Assembly (NCBI GenBank): GCA_049300255.1
Contig: JBAQJJ010000030.1
Span: 24,531 to 88,530, forward strand
Reading direction: 5' to 3'
Source of the DNA: Thermoplasmata archaeon
GTDB taxonomy: Archaea; Thermoplasmatota; Thermoplasmata; Lutacidiplasmatales; UBA184
Length of the DNA: 64,000 bases
The translations under genes were made by a program, and so were the position numbers. The first letter of the stretch is position 1; each line of letters starts with the position of its first letter. The notes beneath the pieces were generated by a model. The model saw only the letters and a program-made list of their open reading frames with translations. It made no database searches and was not told the origin of the DNA. Positions 9,562 through 19,080 of the stretch are shown here, in pieces.

Positions 9562-9996
9562 TTACCGCACCAAGGGGCCGACGATGAAGAGTCCGATGAG
9601 GAGCATCCCCAGAACGGCCAGGGTGATGCGCGTCATCGTTCGCTCTCCGTTCGCCCGGAATATGAACGCCCCGGCCAGGACGCGCGCGACCGGAGTCGCG
9701 ATCAGGAACAGCACCCCGAGGGTCAGGTAGGCCTCCACCTGGAGATGGAACAGGCCCGACGCGAGTCCTGAGGCACTGAGGTATAGCCGCACCGGGTTCT
9801 GGTTGATCACCTGCGACCAGCCTTCGGTCGGGTTACCTATGACATAAACCACGGCGAAGAGGGCGAGAGTCGTGAGAGCGAGCAGTAGACCGGTTCGCAG
9901 AAGCCGAGTCGTGGTACGAAAGACTTCGGGCGGGAGCTCGTGAGGCCGCTCCACATCGGGCGTCGCCGTCGCTGCGACTGGGGGTGGCGCGCTCAT
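9562..9996 (-). CDS. DUF1634-like membrane protein (usual partner of TauE/SafE permeases)
   Basis: The start is chosen at the ATG that forms an ATGA overlap with the stop of the upstream permease gene (9993-9996). Three to four TM segments. Confidence 0.55.
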   Translation of the reverse strand: MSAPPPVAATATPDVERPHELPPEVFRTTTRLLRTGLLLALTTLALFAVVYVIGNPTEGWSQVINQNPVRLYLSASGLASGLFHLQVEAYLTLGVLFLIATPVARVLAGAFIFRANGERTMTRITLAVLGMLLIGLFIVGPLVR

Positions 9997-10958
9997 GGGA
10001 GACCGATCCCGCGGAGAATGAGCTCCGCCGCGAGCCCAGCGACCACGATGACGAAGATCCAACGGACCGTCTGATTCCGAAGTCCGGGGAGCACGCGACT
10101 CCCGGCGTAGGCACCGATCGCGGTACCGATAGCGACGGGCGCGGCGATCAGTGGATTGATGTACCCTGCCGCAAGCAGCACGCTCGCTCCGGCGGCGATC
10201 GTAACACCAATCATGAAATTGCTCGTGGCCGTGGCGACTTTCATTGGAAGGTGAAGCGCGCCCTCGAGGGCTTGCACTTTGAACACACCGCCCCCGATAC
10301 CAAACATGCCACTGACGAACCCAGCACCGAACATGATGCCCAACGCGCGGTCGGTGTTCGTCGCCGTGTAATGTACCGGGCCGTCGTTAGGATCGTTGTA
10401 CGAACCGGAAAGTCCTAGCTGGCGCGAGCGTGCATCGGGCACATCCGCCGCGCGGACGCGTCGATTCCCTCTGAGGGCCGTCAGAGGGACCATGAGCAGC
10501 AGCACCACCCCTAGGGCCACCATGAGGGCCGCGGCAAGATTCAAGTGGGCGATAAAGACGGTAAACGTCGCGCCGAGGAGGGCTCCCGGTACGGTTGCGA
10601 TCTCTAGGAACATGCCGATGCGCAGATCGCTGAGACGATCGCGCACGTACGCCGCGCCCGTCGTCGTGGAAGTCGCGAGTACGGTCACCGCCCCGGCGCC
10701 GATCGCATCCACGAATGGGACGGAGAAGAAAATGACGAGCACCGGAATGACAACAACGGCGCCTCCGAGCCCCGTTAGGGATCCGACGAGGCCGGCGGCG
10801 ATTGCCGCTACGGCGAGAAGGAGGAGGAGGATCCCGAGGTCCACATGGGGACCACACTCAATCCCCCTAAAGTTACTGCGATGCAGACGGCCGTCCTGCC
10901 GTCGAACTCCTTCCTGTTCGAGCCAACGGCTACGAGCCTTCGGAGAAGGAAACTTCAA
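9993..10958 (-). CDS. TSUP family anion permease (TauE/SafE sulfite exporter-like)
   Basis: Polytopic and Gly-rich, with internally repeated GLxGxGGxxxxxP-type segments. An alternative GTG start at 10844 sits just before the first TM helix. Confidence 0.7.
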   Translation of the reverse strand: MKFPSPKARSRWLEQEGVRRQDGRLHRSNFRGIECGPHVDLGILLLLLAVAAIAAGLVGSLTGLGGAVVVIPVLVIFFSVPFVDAIGAGAVTVLATSTTTGAAYVRDRLSDLRIGMFLEIATVPGALLGATFTVFIAHLNLAAALMVALGVVLLLMVPLTALRGNRRVRAADVPDARSRQLGLSGSYNDPNDGPVHYTATNTDRALGIMFGAGFVSGMFGIGGGVFKVQALEGALHLPMKVATATSNFMIGVTIAAGASVLLAAGYINPLIAAPVAIGTAIGAYAGSRVLPGLRNQTVRWIFVIVVAGLAAELILRGIGLP

Positions 10959-10999
10959 AGGGATTCGCTCGCTCCTTTGATGGGGTTAGACCAGCCGCC

Positions 11000-13411
11000 A
11001 TGCAGGTACGGGGCAATCGAGAGGCGTTTGGCCAACCCGGCATGGAACCTCGGTGGTCTCACAGCAACAAGGACGGAGTGGGAACCGCCTACTCGGCCGA
11101 CAGTCGGCTCTGGTTCACTCTGTGGAAAGGGACCGTCACGGAGGTCTACTTCCCGACGATCGACCAGCCGCAACTTCGGGATCTCGAGTTCTTGGTTACG
11201 GATGGGGTCTCCTTCTTTCACGAGGAAAAGCGACAGCTCGAGTCGCACACGGAACGGCACTTCGATAATGCCCTCGGCTATCGCGTGACGAGCGTCGATC
11301 CGCAGGCGGGTTTCACGCTCGACAAGGAAGTCATCTCCGATCCTCATCTTCCGTGCCTCCTGATCCACGTCCGCCTGACGACCCTACGTTCGCCTGCCCA
11401 ACCGAAGTTACGCTTGTTCGCTCTCGCGGCCCCCCACCTCGAGGTCGGGGGATGGGGCAACACGGCCCGCGTGCAGGAAGTGCTCGGCCGCGACGTGTTG
11501 ACGGCGCAGAAAGGGGGAACTGCGCTCGCAATGGCCGCCACGATCCCCTTCGTACGAGCAAGCGTCGGCTTCGTGGGAAAGAGCGACGGGTGGACCGATC
11601 TAGCGGAAAATTACCAGCTCGATTGGGAGTTTGATACAGCCACGGACGGGAACGTCGCGCTGATCGGGGAGATCCCGGTTCACGACCGGCAGGAGTTCAC
11701 CCTGGGGTTGGCGTTGGGTCGGACCCTCGCGTCGGCGATCACGACGCTCTTCCAATCGCTGGGTACCCCTTTCGAGGAGCATCGAAAGCGCTTCGTAGAG
11801 CAGTGGGACCGCGTGGCCCGGAGTCGACGCCCGATCGAAGGCGCCACGGGAGATGGGGGTCGGCTGTACCATGCGAGTCAGAGTCTGATGCTCGCCCACG
11901 AAGACAAGGTCTTTCCGGGCGCGTTCATCGCTTCGCTATCGATCCCTTGGGGCTCGACCAAGGGCGATAACGACCGCGGAGGCTACCACCTCGTATGGAC
12001 GCGGGATATGGTCAACACCGCGAGTGCGCTCCTCGCGACCGGTAGCACTGAGGCGCCTTTGCGGGCCTTGATCTACCTGGCCACCCAGCAGCAAGCCGAT
12101 GGAGGATTCCCGCAGAATTTCTGGGTAGATGGACGAGCCTATTGGCGTGGGATTCAGCTCGACGAAGTGGCGTATCCAATTCTTCTCGCCGCCCGTCTCC
12201 ATCGGGCGAGGGCGCTGCAACAATTCGACCCGTACCCGCTGGTGTGCAACGCCGCTCGGTTCTTGATGGAGCAGGGTCCTGCGACAGGGCAGGACCGATG
12301 GGAGGAGATCAGCGGCTACTCCCCCTCGACGCTCGCCGTCTGCATCGCCGCCCTGACCTGCGCGGCGGGAATGGCGCGACAGCGCGGCGACGCCGCGACA
12401 GCCCAATTCGTGCAAGAACACGCGGACTTCCTGGAATGCCACATCGAGCCTTGGACGGTCACGACCACGGGAACGCTGGTACCCGGCATTCGACGGCACT
12501 ACGTACGTATTCGCCCGGTGGCGGTCCACAATCCTACGCCGGACGAATCGGCCGATATGGGCACGATCGAACTCCCCAATCTCGAACCCGGGACACCCAA
12601 TGTCTTCCCAGCCAACGAAATCGTCGACGGCGGCTTCCTAGAACTGGTACGTTACGGCGTGAGGAGGCCGGACGACCCGATCGTTCTCGATTCCCTGCTC
12701 GTTGTCGACAAGATCCTCAAGGTCGAGACCCCACGTGGCCCCGTGTGGCGACGATACAACCACGACGGGTACGGGCAACGCGACGACGGAAGCGGCTACC
12801 TCGATTGGGGTCGAGGTCGGGCGTGGCCCCTGCTCACCGGAGAACGAGGTCATTACGAATTGGCAGCGGGAGGCGACGCCAAACCGTATCTCCTCGCGAT
12901 GGAGCGATTCGCCACCTCGACCGGTCTCTTGCCGGAGCAGGTCTGGGATGACGTGTCGCGGCAGGAAATGCACTTAGAACTCGGGATGGCCACCGAAGCG
13001 GCCCTCCCGCTCGTCTGGGCCCATGCCGAGTACGTCAAGCTAGCACGGTCGATCGCGGACGGAAAGGTCGTCGATTTGATACCCGAGGTCGGCAATCGCT
13101 ACACGGCGCGCACGCGTCGGCTGACTCCTCGGGAGGTCTGGAAATTCAATCGACAGCCGGCGATCCTGCCCCAGGGCTGGCCCTTGCGTATCCAAGCAGG
13201 TGCCCCGTTCACCCTCCACTGGTCTGAGGATGAGTGGCACTCCAGTCATGATCTCGCATCGACTCCCACGAGCTTAGGCCTGCACTATGCCGATCTGCCC
13301 GCGCTCGAGGGAGCGCCGAGCACCTACACGTTCACGTTCTTCTGGCCGGACTCACAGCGATGGGAAGGCCGTGACTTCTTGATCCGGAGCGGCGAGCTTC
13401 GGTCGATCTGA
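11000..13411 (+). CDS. glycoside hydrolase family 15 glucoamylase / glucodextranase-like enzyme
   Basis: N-terminal AFGQPGMEPRWSHSNKDGVGTA, then GYHLVWTRDM and DRWEEISGYSPSTLA catalytic-domain signatures. An extra ~130-aa C-terminal domain is present. Confidence 0.85.
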   Translation: MQVRGNREAFGQPGMEPRWSHSNKDGVGTAYSADSRLWFTLWKGTVTEVYFPTIDQPQLRDLEFLVTDGVSFFHEEKRQLESHTERHFDNALGYRVTSVDPQAGFTLDKEVISDPHLPCLLIHVRLTTLRSPAQPKLRLFALAAPHLEVGGWGNTARVQEVLGRDVLTAQKGGTALAMAATIPFVRASVGFVGKSDGWTDLAENYQLDWEFDTATDGNVALIGEIPVHDRQEFTLGLALGRTLASAITTLFQSLGTPFEEHRKRFVEQWDRVARSRRPIEGATGDGGRLYHASQSLMLAHEDKVFPGAFIASLSIPWGSTKGDNDRGGYHLVWTRDMVNTASALLATGSTEAPLRALIYLATQQQADGGFPQNFWVDGRAYWRGIQLDEVAYPILLAARLHRARALQQFDPYPLVCNAARFLMEQGPATGQDRWEEISGYSPSTLAVCIAALTCAAGMARQRGDAATAQFVQEHADFLECHIEPWTVTTTGTLVPGIRRHYVRIRPVAVHNPTPDESADMGTIELPNLEPGTPNVFPANEIVDGGFLELVRYGVRRPDDPIVLDSLLVVDKILKVETPRGPVWRRYNHDGYGQRDDGSGYLDWGRGRAWPLLTGERGHYELAAGGDAKPYLLAMERFATSTGLLPEQVWDDVSRQEMHLELGMATEAALPLVWAHAEYVKLARSIADGKVVDLIPEVGNRYTARTRRLTPREVWKFNRQPAILPQGWPLRIQAGAPFTLHWSEDEWHSSHDLASTPTSLGLHYADLPALEGAPSTYTFTFFWPDSQRWEGRDFLIRSGELRSI

Positions 13412-13443
13412 ACGGAGAGGGGAACGGATTCCGTCCACGCAGC

Positions 13444-14025
13444 TTATCCGGGCCCTCCCCATAGACCGATGTTCGCAGCAAACGCGTAGGTCCCGGGCTG
13501 CGGGGGAAGTTGGATACTGAGGTCCCACGAGTAACACTCCAAACAAAAGTGATTCCAATCGGCGAGGACGTTGACCACGAGGAAGTGGGGAGTCAGGCTC
13601 ACGTAGATTCCGCCGACCTCGGCTTCGACCGGACCGGTCTGAGTCAGATTGACGAGAACCCAACACGAAATGACCGAACCCGAGGGGTACGTTCCATTGA
13701 CGCTGGGACAAAATCCGGGTCCGACGGCTAGGGGGGAAACGAGCGGGGGCGAGACGCCCTCCGACTGATTATACCCGACCCAGTCGGCGGACCAGTCCGT
13801 CGAGAGCACCATCACACGACCGATCGGTCCAGAGGGGCTCGCGAGGACAAAGACTCCGAATCCCCCGAGGAACACAAGCGCGGCGATCCCTACCGCGAGG
13901 GCCACGGCCGTCATTTGCGACGATGCGGGGGATGACTTCGACGGCGGCGAAGCGTTCGATCCGAGCGGGGCGGCAGGGTGGGTGCCGTCGGGGGCGTTTG
14001 GTCCGGGCACATGTAATTCAGCCAC
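13444..14025 (-). CDS. hypothetical membrane-anchored extracytoplasmic protein
   Basis: Ser/Pro-rich N-terminus, one TM helix (AVALAVGIAALVFLGGFGVFVL), then a Cys-containing domain with N-X-S/T sites. Confidence 0.4.
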   Translation of the reverse strand: MAELHVPGPNAPDGTHPAAPLGSNASPPSKSSPASSQMTAVALAVGIAALVFLGGFGVFVLASPSGPIGRVMVLSTDWSADWVGYNQSEGVSPPLVSPLAVGPGFCPSVNGTYPSGSVISCWVLVNLTQTGPVEAEVGGIYVSLTPHFLVVNVLADWNHFCLECYSWDLSIQLPPQPGTYAFAANIGLWGGPG

Positions 14026-14270
14026 ACACGAGGCTTCAACTTTGTCTCGCCCGTCGAGGCCGGACTTCGACTCCTATAAACCTCCGATAGGCGTCGGATA
14101 CACCGACGACCGCATCCCCAGATCCCGAACGTGGGACGGCATATCTGGGGTGAAAGACCCGACTGGAGATTGGTACCGCGGGCGTCGGAAGGCCCGGGGG
14201 CGCCACGAGCGCCCGGCGGCTGGTCGCGGCTGATCGGCGGGCGCCGCCCAATTAGGAGGGGAATCGCCGC

Positions 14271-15542
14271 CTAGGTGTCGGGCGGGCGCGGTACGACCAG
14301 TTGCCCCCCCTTCCAAACCCGGAGAATTTTTTCGGGTTCGGCGAGGACCGCGATCCGTTTGAGCGGATCCTCCCGCACGACGAGGAGATCCGCGGCGTAC
14401 CCCACGCGCAACTGACCCGAGAGCGGCGCTTGGGGGCCGAGCGTGCGCGGGCCATTCGCCGTCGCGGTCTCGATCGCTTCGCGGGGCGTCATTCCTAGAT
14501 CGTCGACCAGGAGGGGGAACTCCTGACCATTGCCACCCCAGTACGTCGGCGCTGCGTCGCTCGAGCCGAGAGTGTCGGTCCCAAAGGCCATGGCCACCTT
14601 CTTCCGGACGGCGAGCCGCATCGCCTGCCGGTGTTGGTCGATCAATCTGCGACATTTCTCCAACATGAATTCCGGAATCCCCGAATCCTTCCCTGACGCC
14701 ACCAGACGCTTTACCATCCAACGAGTCGGGACCAGGATCGCCCCTTTTTCAAGCATCAGGTCCGCCGATTCCTCGTCAAGATAAGTCCCATGTTCGATGG
14801 TCTTGACTCCCGCATGGAGCGCCGCCATGATCCCGGGCTTGCCATGGCAATGGGCTGCCACGATCCGATCGGCGCGACCCGCCTCCTCTACAATCGTCCG
14901 AATTTCGTGATCCGAGAACTGCTGGTGCTCGGGACTATCTCGGTCGCTCAACACGCCGCCGGACGCACAGATCTTGATGATCGGCGCACCGAGGCGAAGG
15001 ATCTTTCGGACCGCCGCCAGGCAGGCGGGAATCCCGTCACGAGGCCCCGGTAGCTCTCGTTGATTCCGCCAGATATGGACGAACTCGAGGGGAAAGGCAT
15101 GCTCGTCGCCGTGGCCCCCCGTCGGGCTCAACATTGTCCCGGCTCCATAGATGTGGGGCCCGACGACCGATCCGTCGTCGACGGCACGACCGAGGTACAC
15201 TCCGAAACCCCCGAGCTCGCGTACGGACGTGAACCCCGCGCGGAGGACCTTCTCCGCATCCCGCGCCGCACGCACGATGCCTACCCACGAAGAGGTGTAG
15301 ATTTGTTCCTCGAGCCCGAAATTCCGGATCCCTACGAAATGTCCGTGCGTCTCCCAAAGTCCTGGCAACACGGCTGGCACGCTCTCCGTGGTGTCCGACG
15401 GGGCCGCGGGGGGCGCATTTTCGATCGGTCCGGCGTAGGTAATGGTGGCTCCATCAAACACGACGCAACCCCGGGAGATCGGATCCCCGGTTCCCGGAAT
15501 CAAGATGTCGGCCTCGAGCCGGGTTGCCACATTGTCCGGCAC
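14271..15542 (-). CDS. metal-dependent amidohydrolase superfamily protein
   Basis: ETHGHF (HxH) metal motif near the N-terminus, later AAHCHG and the TIEHG..FGTD pattern. Confidence 0.75.
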   Translation of the reverse strand: MPDNVATRLEADILIPGTGDPISRGCVVFDGATITYAGPIENAPPAAPSDTTESVPAVLPGLWETHGHFVGIRNFGLEEQIYTSSWVGIVRAARDAEKVLRAGFTSVRELGGFGVYLGRAVDDGSVVGPHIYGAGTMLSPTGGHGDEHAFPLEFVHIWRNQRELPGPRDGIPACLAAVRKILRLGAPIIKICASGGVLSDRDSPEHQQFSDHEIRTIVEEAGRADRIVAAHCHGKPGIMAALHAGVKTIEHGTYLDEESADLMLEKGAILVPTRWMVKRLVASGKDSGIPEFMLEKCRRLIDQHRQAMRLAVRKKVAMAFGTDTLGSSDAAPTYWGGNGQEFPLLVDDLGMTPREAIETATANGPRTLGPQAPLSGQLRVGYAADLLVVREDPLKRIAVLAEPEKILRVWKGGQLVVPRPPDT

Positions 15543-15714
15543 CTATTCCTTCGTGTTATAGCTTCCTCATCGGCCGCCCCAATTGAGTCAGGGAGAGAGG
15601 TCCCCACGTCTGAGGAACTGGTTCTTCCTGACCACTCGTGCGGATACGGGTCCCGCGGATTCCATTAACGTCGCAGTCGCGCTCGGGGGTTCGCCGCAGC
15701 CGACCGACGCGTGC

Positions 15715-16431
15715 TCAAGGACGCAAGGATCCCGCTCGCACGAATTGCGCGACCGGATCGAGCGTCTGGATGGGTGTATACAAGATCCCCCGTCGATCGC
15801 AGGCGATCGCAAGAGGGGATCGATCGATTGCGAAGACCGTGTCCGCGATCGACGCCGGAGCGATGTCGGCAGGCCCGTCTCCCAAGTACGTGACCGTTCG
15901 TCCCCGAGCTTGGTAGGCCGCTACCAGCGACTGTTTGAAGTTCTTACCCGAAGTTAGCCGAATCTCCTTGCTTCCGACCAGAGGCGCTTTGCGGGGCATC
16001 GACACTCGGAATCGTCGGGCGGTAAATTTGGTCTCCGGACAATAGAGTCGCGGCATCGAGAGCCCCTGACGCCGAAAAGTCTGCCGAATGCAGAAATCAA
16101 TCCCGGCACTCGCCACGACGAACTCCGTGCTCACGCGGCGACACTCATCGAGGAGAGCCGCCATCCCGGGACGAAACTCGGAAAGGGGTGAGAGAAAGTC
16201 CAGAATCTCCGCGCGCGACGAGGCGCGGATCAAGGCAGTTTGCCTCCGTACGCACTCGTTCAAGGTGATCTGCCCGTCCTCGAATAATTCATCGAAGCGC
16301 TCCCAACCGGGCGCGCCGAATCGTTCCATGGTCAACGTTCCGAGGTCGTTCGTGGTAAGCGTTCCGTCGAAGTCCGACACAATGATCGGCCTCGCGCCGC
16401 CTGACTTCCCTGGCACAGCTGCCGGGGACAT
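15715..16431 (-). CDS. HAD-superfamily phosphatase (subfamily IB, MtnX/PSP-like)
   Basis: IIVSDFDGTLT motif I just after the ATG at 16431, and YLGDGPADI motif IV. The track ORF extends to 16500. Confidence 0.6.
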   Translation of the reverse strand: MSPAAVPGKSGGARPIIVSDFDGTLTTNDLGTLTMERFGAPGWERFDELFEDGQITLNECVRRQTALIRASSRAEILDFLSPLSEFRPGMAALLDECRRVSTEFVVASAGIDFCIRQTFRRQGLSMPRLYCPETKFTARRFRVSMPRKAPLVGSKEIRLTSGKNFKQSLVAAYQARGRTVTYLGDGPADIAPASIADTVFAIDRSPLAIACDRRGILYTPIQTLDPVAQFVRAGSLRP

Positions 16432-16533
16432 CGACCTCCTTGTAACAAGGTTTCCACTTGAAAACCGGGAGAACGATCGGACTTCAGATCTCATCTCCAC
16501 AACCTCAAAGAAGGCGCGGGAGATTCGACCGCA

Positions 16534-16905
16534 ATGACCGTGAAGACAGGGCGCGAAGTTCGCGAGCCACGCGGGCGCACGCAGTCGATTCGGGAGGAGC
16601 TCGAGGGGAGACTTTCATCCATCCCAGGATTGACCCGTCGCGCGGCGCGACGGGGTCATGGGAACGCCTACTTCGCCGCCGAACGGGAGATCGTTCACTT
16701 TCATGGGGACCATCGTATGGATGTTCGTTTGACGAGGAAAGCGATCCTCGCGAGGGCGTCCGAGCGGCCGTTCGACGAACGAGTGCGAACTCGAGGTCCC
16801 GCGGCAGACTGGGTGGCAGTTCGCGTGGCAGTAGCACGGGACCTGCACCTAGCTTTGTCCCTCGTCGAGTTGGCAGTCCGCGCCAACACAAAGCCTGCGG
16901 AGTGA
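16534..16905 (+). CDS. hypothetical protein, possibly luciferase-like (DUF5519) family
   Basis: 123 aa. The EIVHFHGDHRMDVRL segment resembles that family as I recall it. Weak call. Confidence 0.4.
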   Translation: MTVKTGREVREPRGRTQSIREELEGRLSSIPGLTRRAARRGHGNAYFAAEREIVHFHGDHRMDVRLTRKAILARASERPFDERVRTRGPAADWVAVRVAVARDLHLALSLVELAVRANTKPAE

Positions 16906-17190
16906 CGAGCTTCAGAGCGTTCGGTTTGGACCTCCGATACCCGCCTTCCGGATCAGCCTTGAGGGGACGGAACGTCGGATGAAGTGCTCGCAGATCCTTC
17001 GCCTACCAATCGAGCGCAGGACACGGCGCCAGATCCTGACGCACGGGCTACTTCATGGCGGCCGGTTCCTTCCTTTCCTGATCAAGGTCCGTAGAGTGCC
17101 CTTCACGTGCGAGCTCGATGCGTCTGAGCCGGCATCGAAGCACTCGACTTTGGGAGCCTCTTTACGCCGGCTTCAATTCCTCCGGTGCTG

Positions 17191-17335
17191 CGGGATTAGG
17201 GGGAGTCGTCGCCCCGGGGGTTCGAGTATCAACAATTTCCAACAGTTTGAGCATGCGGCCAGAATCGAGGGGGGACCCTCCTCTCACAACCCCCTCGTTA
17301 GAAATCGGTCTAAGTAATCGGAGCAACGCCCGAGA
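17191..17335 (-). repeat. degenerate direct repeat, copy 3 of the tRNA-Arg locus (most diverged)
   Basis: Aligns by eye with 18916-19056 over about 140 nt, with roughly three quarters of positions identical. Shared blocks include GGGGGTTCG, GTATCAAC, ATTTCCA and CCCTCGTTAGAAATCGG. Confidence 0.6.
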
Positions 17336-18224
17336 TCGCAGAACCCGCCCCCTTTCCAACGGGCAGTCCCAGGGGACTCGTCGACTTTCCTCGGGCCTTC
17401 ACGGACCACATCAGCGGGATCAGGCCCTCGCCCTCCCTGAGGCGCCAATACCCGTCACGGTCCTGGGTCATGAAAGAGTATCGGCGCCAGTAGCTGAACG
17501 GGTACTCCCGCACCCTCTCAATTCTGAGCCCACTCTTGATCAAAGCAGAAAGGACCCTGGACACCGGATGGATCCAAGAGTAGGTCACCCGGTTTTTCAT
17601 CTTCGTGCTGACTGCGTACGTCCCGTCATACTCTTCTCGGAGCGCTTGAGAACTGAAGTAGGGAATCTTGGGCTCGAGACGGGTCACGGTCGCATCGTTT
17701 GGAAAGACCTCCGCAATCGGATGGTCTTCGAGAAAGTAGAACCGCCCCCCCGGCTTCAGGAACCGCGCGACCACTTCGGCCCATCGATCGACATCGGGGA
17801 GCCAACAGATTGCTCCCTTCGCTGTGTAGACAATATCGAACCGCTCGTCGAGGACGCCGGGGAGGTCGTACAAGTTCGATGGAAGGAATCGAGCTTCGAT
17901 GCCGACCTGCCGCGCGAGTCGTCGGGCCGCTCGAATCGCAGGGGGAGAAAAGTCTACGCCGGTTACCTGGGCTCCTAGGCGCGCCCAGGACAACGTATCG
18001 AGTCCGAAATGGCACTGGAGGTGAAGTAGGGATTTTCCCCGCACGGATCCTAATTCCTTCACCTCTAGCGCTTGGAGTGTGGATTTACCTCGGAGAAAAG
18101 ACGGGACGTCGTAGGAAGCGGAAGCAACGTGCAATGGAACGCTCTCGTCCCACTTGCGGCGATTGACATTCATCCGGCGACGATCGTTCTGCCTCACGAG
18201 CTCGGCAGACAGTCCCGGCCTCAT
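17310..18224 (-). CDS. class I SAM-dependent methyltransferase
   Basis: LLHLQCHFGLDTL motif I and the VTGVDFSPPAI acidic loop. Start taken at the internal ATG 18224, because the longer track ORF adds a low-quality N-terminus. Confidence 0.7.
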   Translation of the reverse strand: MRPGLSAELVRQNDRRRMNVNRRKWDESVPLHVASASYDVPSFLRGKSTLQALEVKELGSVRGKSLLHLQCHFGLDTLSWARLGAQVTGVDFSPPAIRAARRLARQVGIEARFLPSNLYDLPGVLDERFDIVYTAKGAICWLPDVDRWAEVVARFLKPGGRFYFLEDHPIAEVFPNDATVTRLEPKIPYFSSQALREEYDGTYAVSTKMKNRVTYSWIHPVSRVLSALIKSGLRIERVREYPFSYWRRYSFMTQDRDGYWRLREGEGLIPLMWSVKARGKSTSPLGLPVGKGAGSAISGVAPIT

Positions 18225-18524
18225 AACGATCAGCGGACGGTGTTGATCACCACGGGCGCAGAACTTCGCCGATCCGGTCGGTGCGGATAGTCCAGCAGGG
18301 GAGGGACCTCCGTGCGCTTCGCCGGTCCAACTTCCGCATTGGACGAGGGACAGGTTTGTTTCCCACGGGGGGTCGGGAACAGGACCGCAGTAGTCTTCAG
18401 CGTGAGGTCTAAGTTCCAAAGGGGTAAGTTCGTGACAGAACGCGCTGCTGGGCGATCGGCGCGCCCCATCGAGACACAAGACGCATAACTTAACATTGCT
18501 TTGAGAGTCGAAAAGGGGTAGCTC

Positions 18525-18908
18525 ATGTCAGGCATTAGTGGGATCGAGACCGTCACTGTTGCCGTCAGAGATCAAGAGAAGGCGCTTCGCTGGTTCATAG
18601 ACAAGCTCGGGTTCGAAAAGCGGTTAGATAAGTCGGGCCCAGGCTTCCGCTGGCTCACCGTCGCGCCCAAGGGGCAGAAAGGAGTGGAGGTCCTTCTGGC
18701 TTCGTGGTTTCCGGAAATCGTCGGAAAGAACGCAACGTGGGTGCTTACAACTCCGGATTGTCGACGGACGTACGAGGACCTGAAGGGCCGCGGTGTGACA
18801 TTCCGTGAGCTCCCGGAAGAACGCAGTTCACGCGTCGAGGCAGTCTTCCAGGATTTGTACGGGAATGCGTATGAGTTGGTAGAGCACAAGACACGGAACC
18901 CTCGTTGA
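18525..18908 (+). CDS. VOC family protein (glyoxalase / bleomycin-resistance / dioxygenase fold)
   Basis: 127 aa. It has the typical paired beta-alpha-beta-beta-beta pattern: IETVTVAVRD..ALRWFIDKLGF ... QDLYGNAYELVE. Confidence 0.75.
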   Translation: MSGISGIETVTVAVRDQEKALRWFIDKLGFEKRLDKSGPGFRWLTVAPKGQKGVEVLLASWFPEIVGKNATWVLTTPDCRRTYEDLKGRGVTFRELPEERSSRVEAVFQDLYGNAYELVEHKTRNPR

Positions 18909-18913
18909 ATCGA

Positions 18914-19056
18914 TCGGGCGTGGGGGGACTCGTCCCCCCGGGGGTTCGCGTATCAACGATTTCCAGCGGTTTCCGCGATCGGCCACACCCGAGAAGGAAC
19001 CCCCCCTCACACAAGACCCTCGTTAGAAATCGGCCGACGTAATCGGAGCCGCATCC
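18914..19056 (-). repeat. degenerate direct repeat, copy 2 of the tRNA-Arg locus
   Basis: TCGGGCGTGGGGGGA (18914-18928) is identical to 20830-20844. GGCCACAC (18981-18988) matches 20894-20901. The flank resembles the tRNA upstream TATA region. Confidence 0.65.
18915..18991 (-). pseudogene. tRNA-Arg-derived tRNA-like remnant (no canonical cloverleaf)
   Basis: 77 nt. The ends can still form a 7-bp acceptor-like stem (GGGTGTG / CACGCCC, one G-T pair), next to a GGGGG-N7-CCCCC hairpin. The D and anticodon arms are not recoverable. Confidence 0.45.
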
Positions 19057-19080
19057 ACGAGCACTGACCCCCGCTCGTGA

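Noticed and set aside
18225-18479. N-terminal 85-aa extension of the methyltransferase ORF.
   Set aside because: The segment is Cys/Pro/Gly-rich and unlike the rest of the protein. The methyltransferase fold begins after the ATG at 18224.
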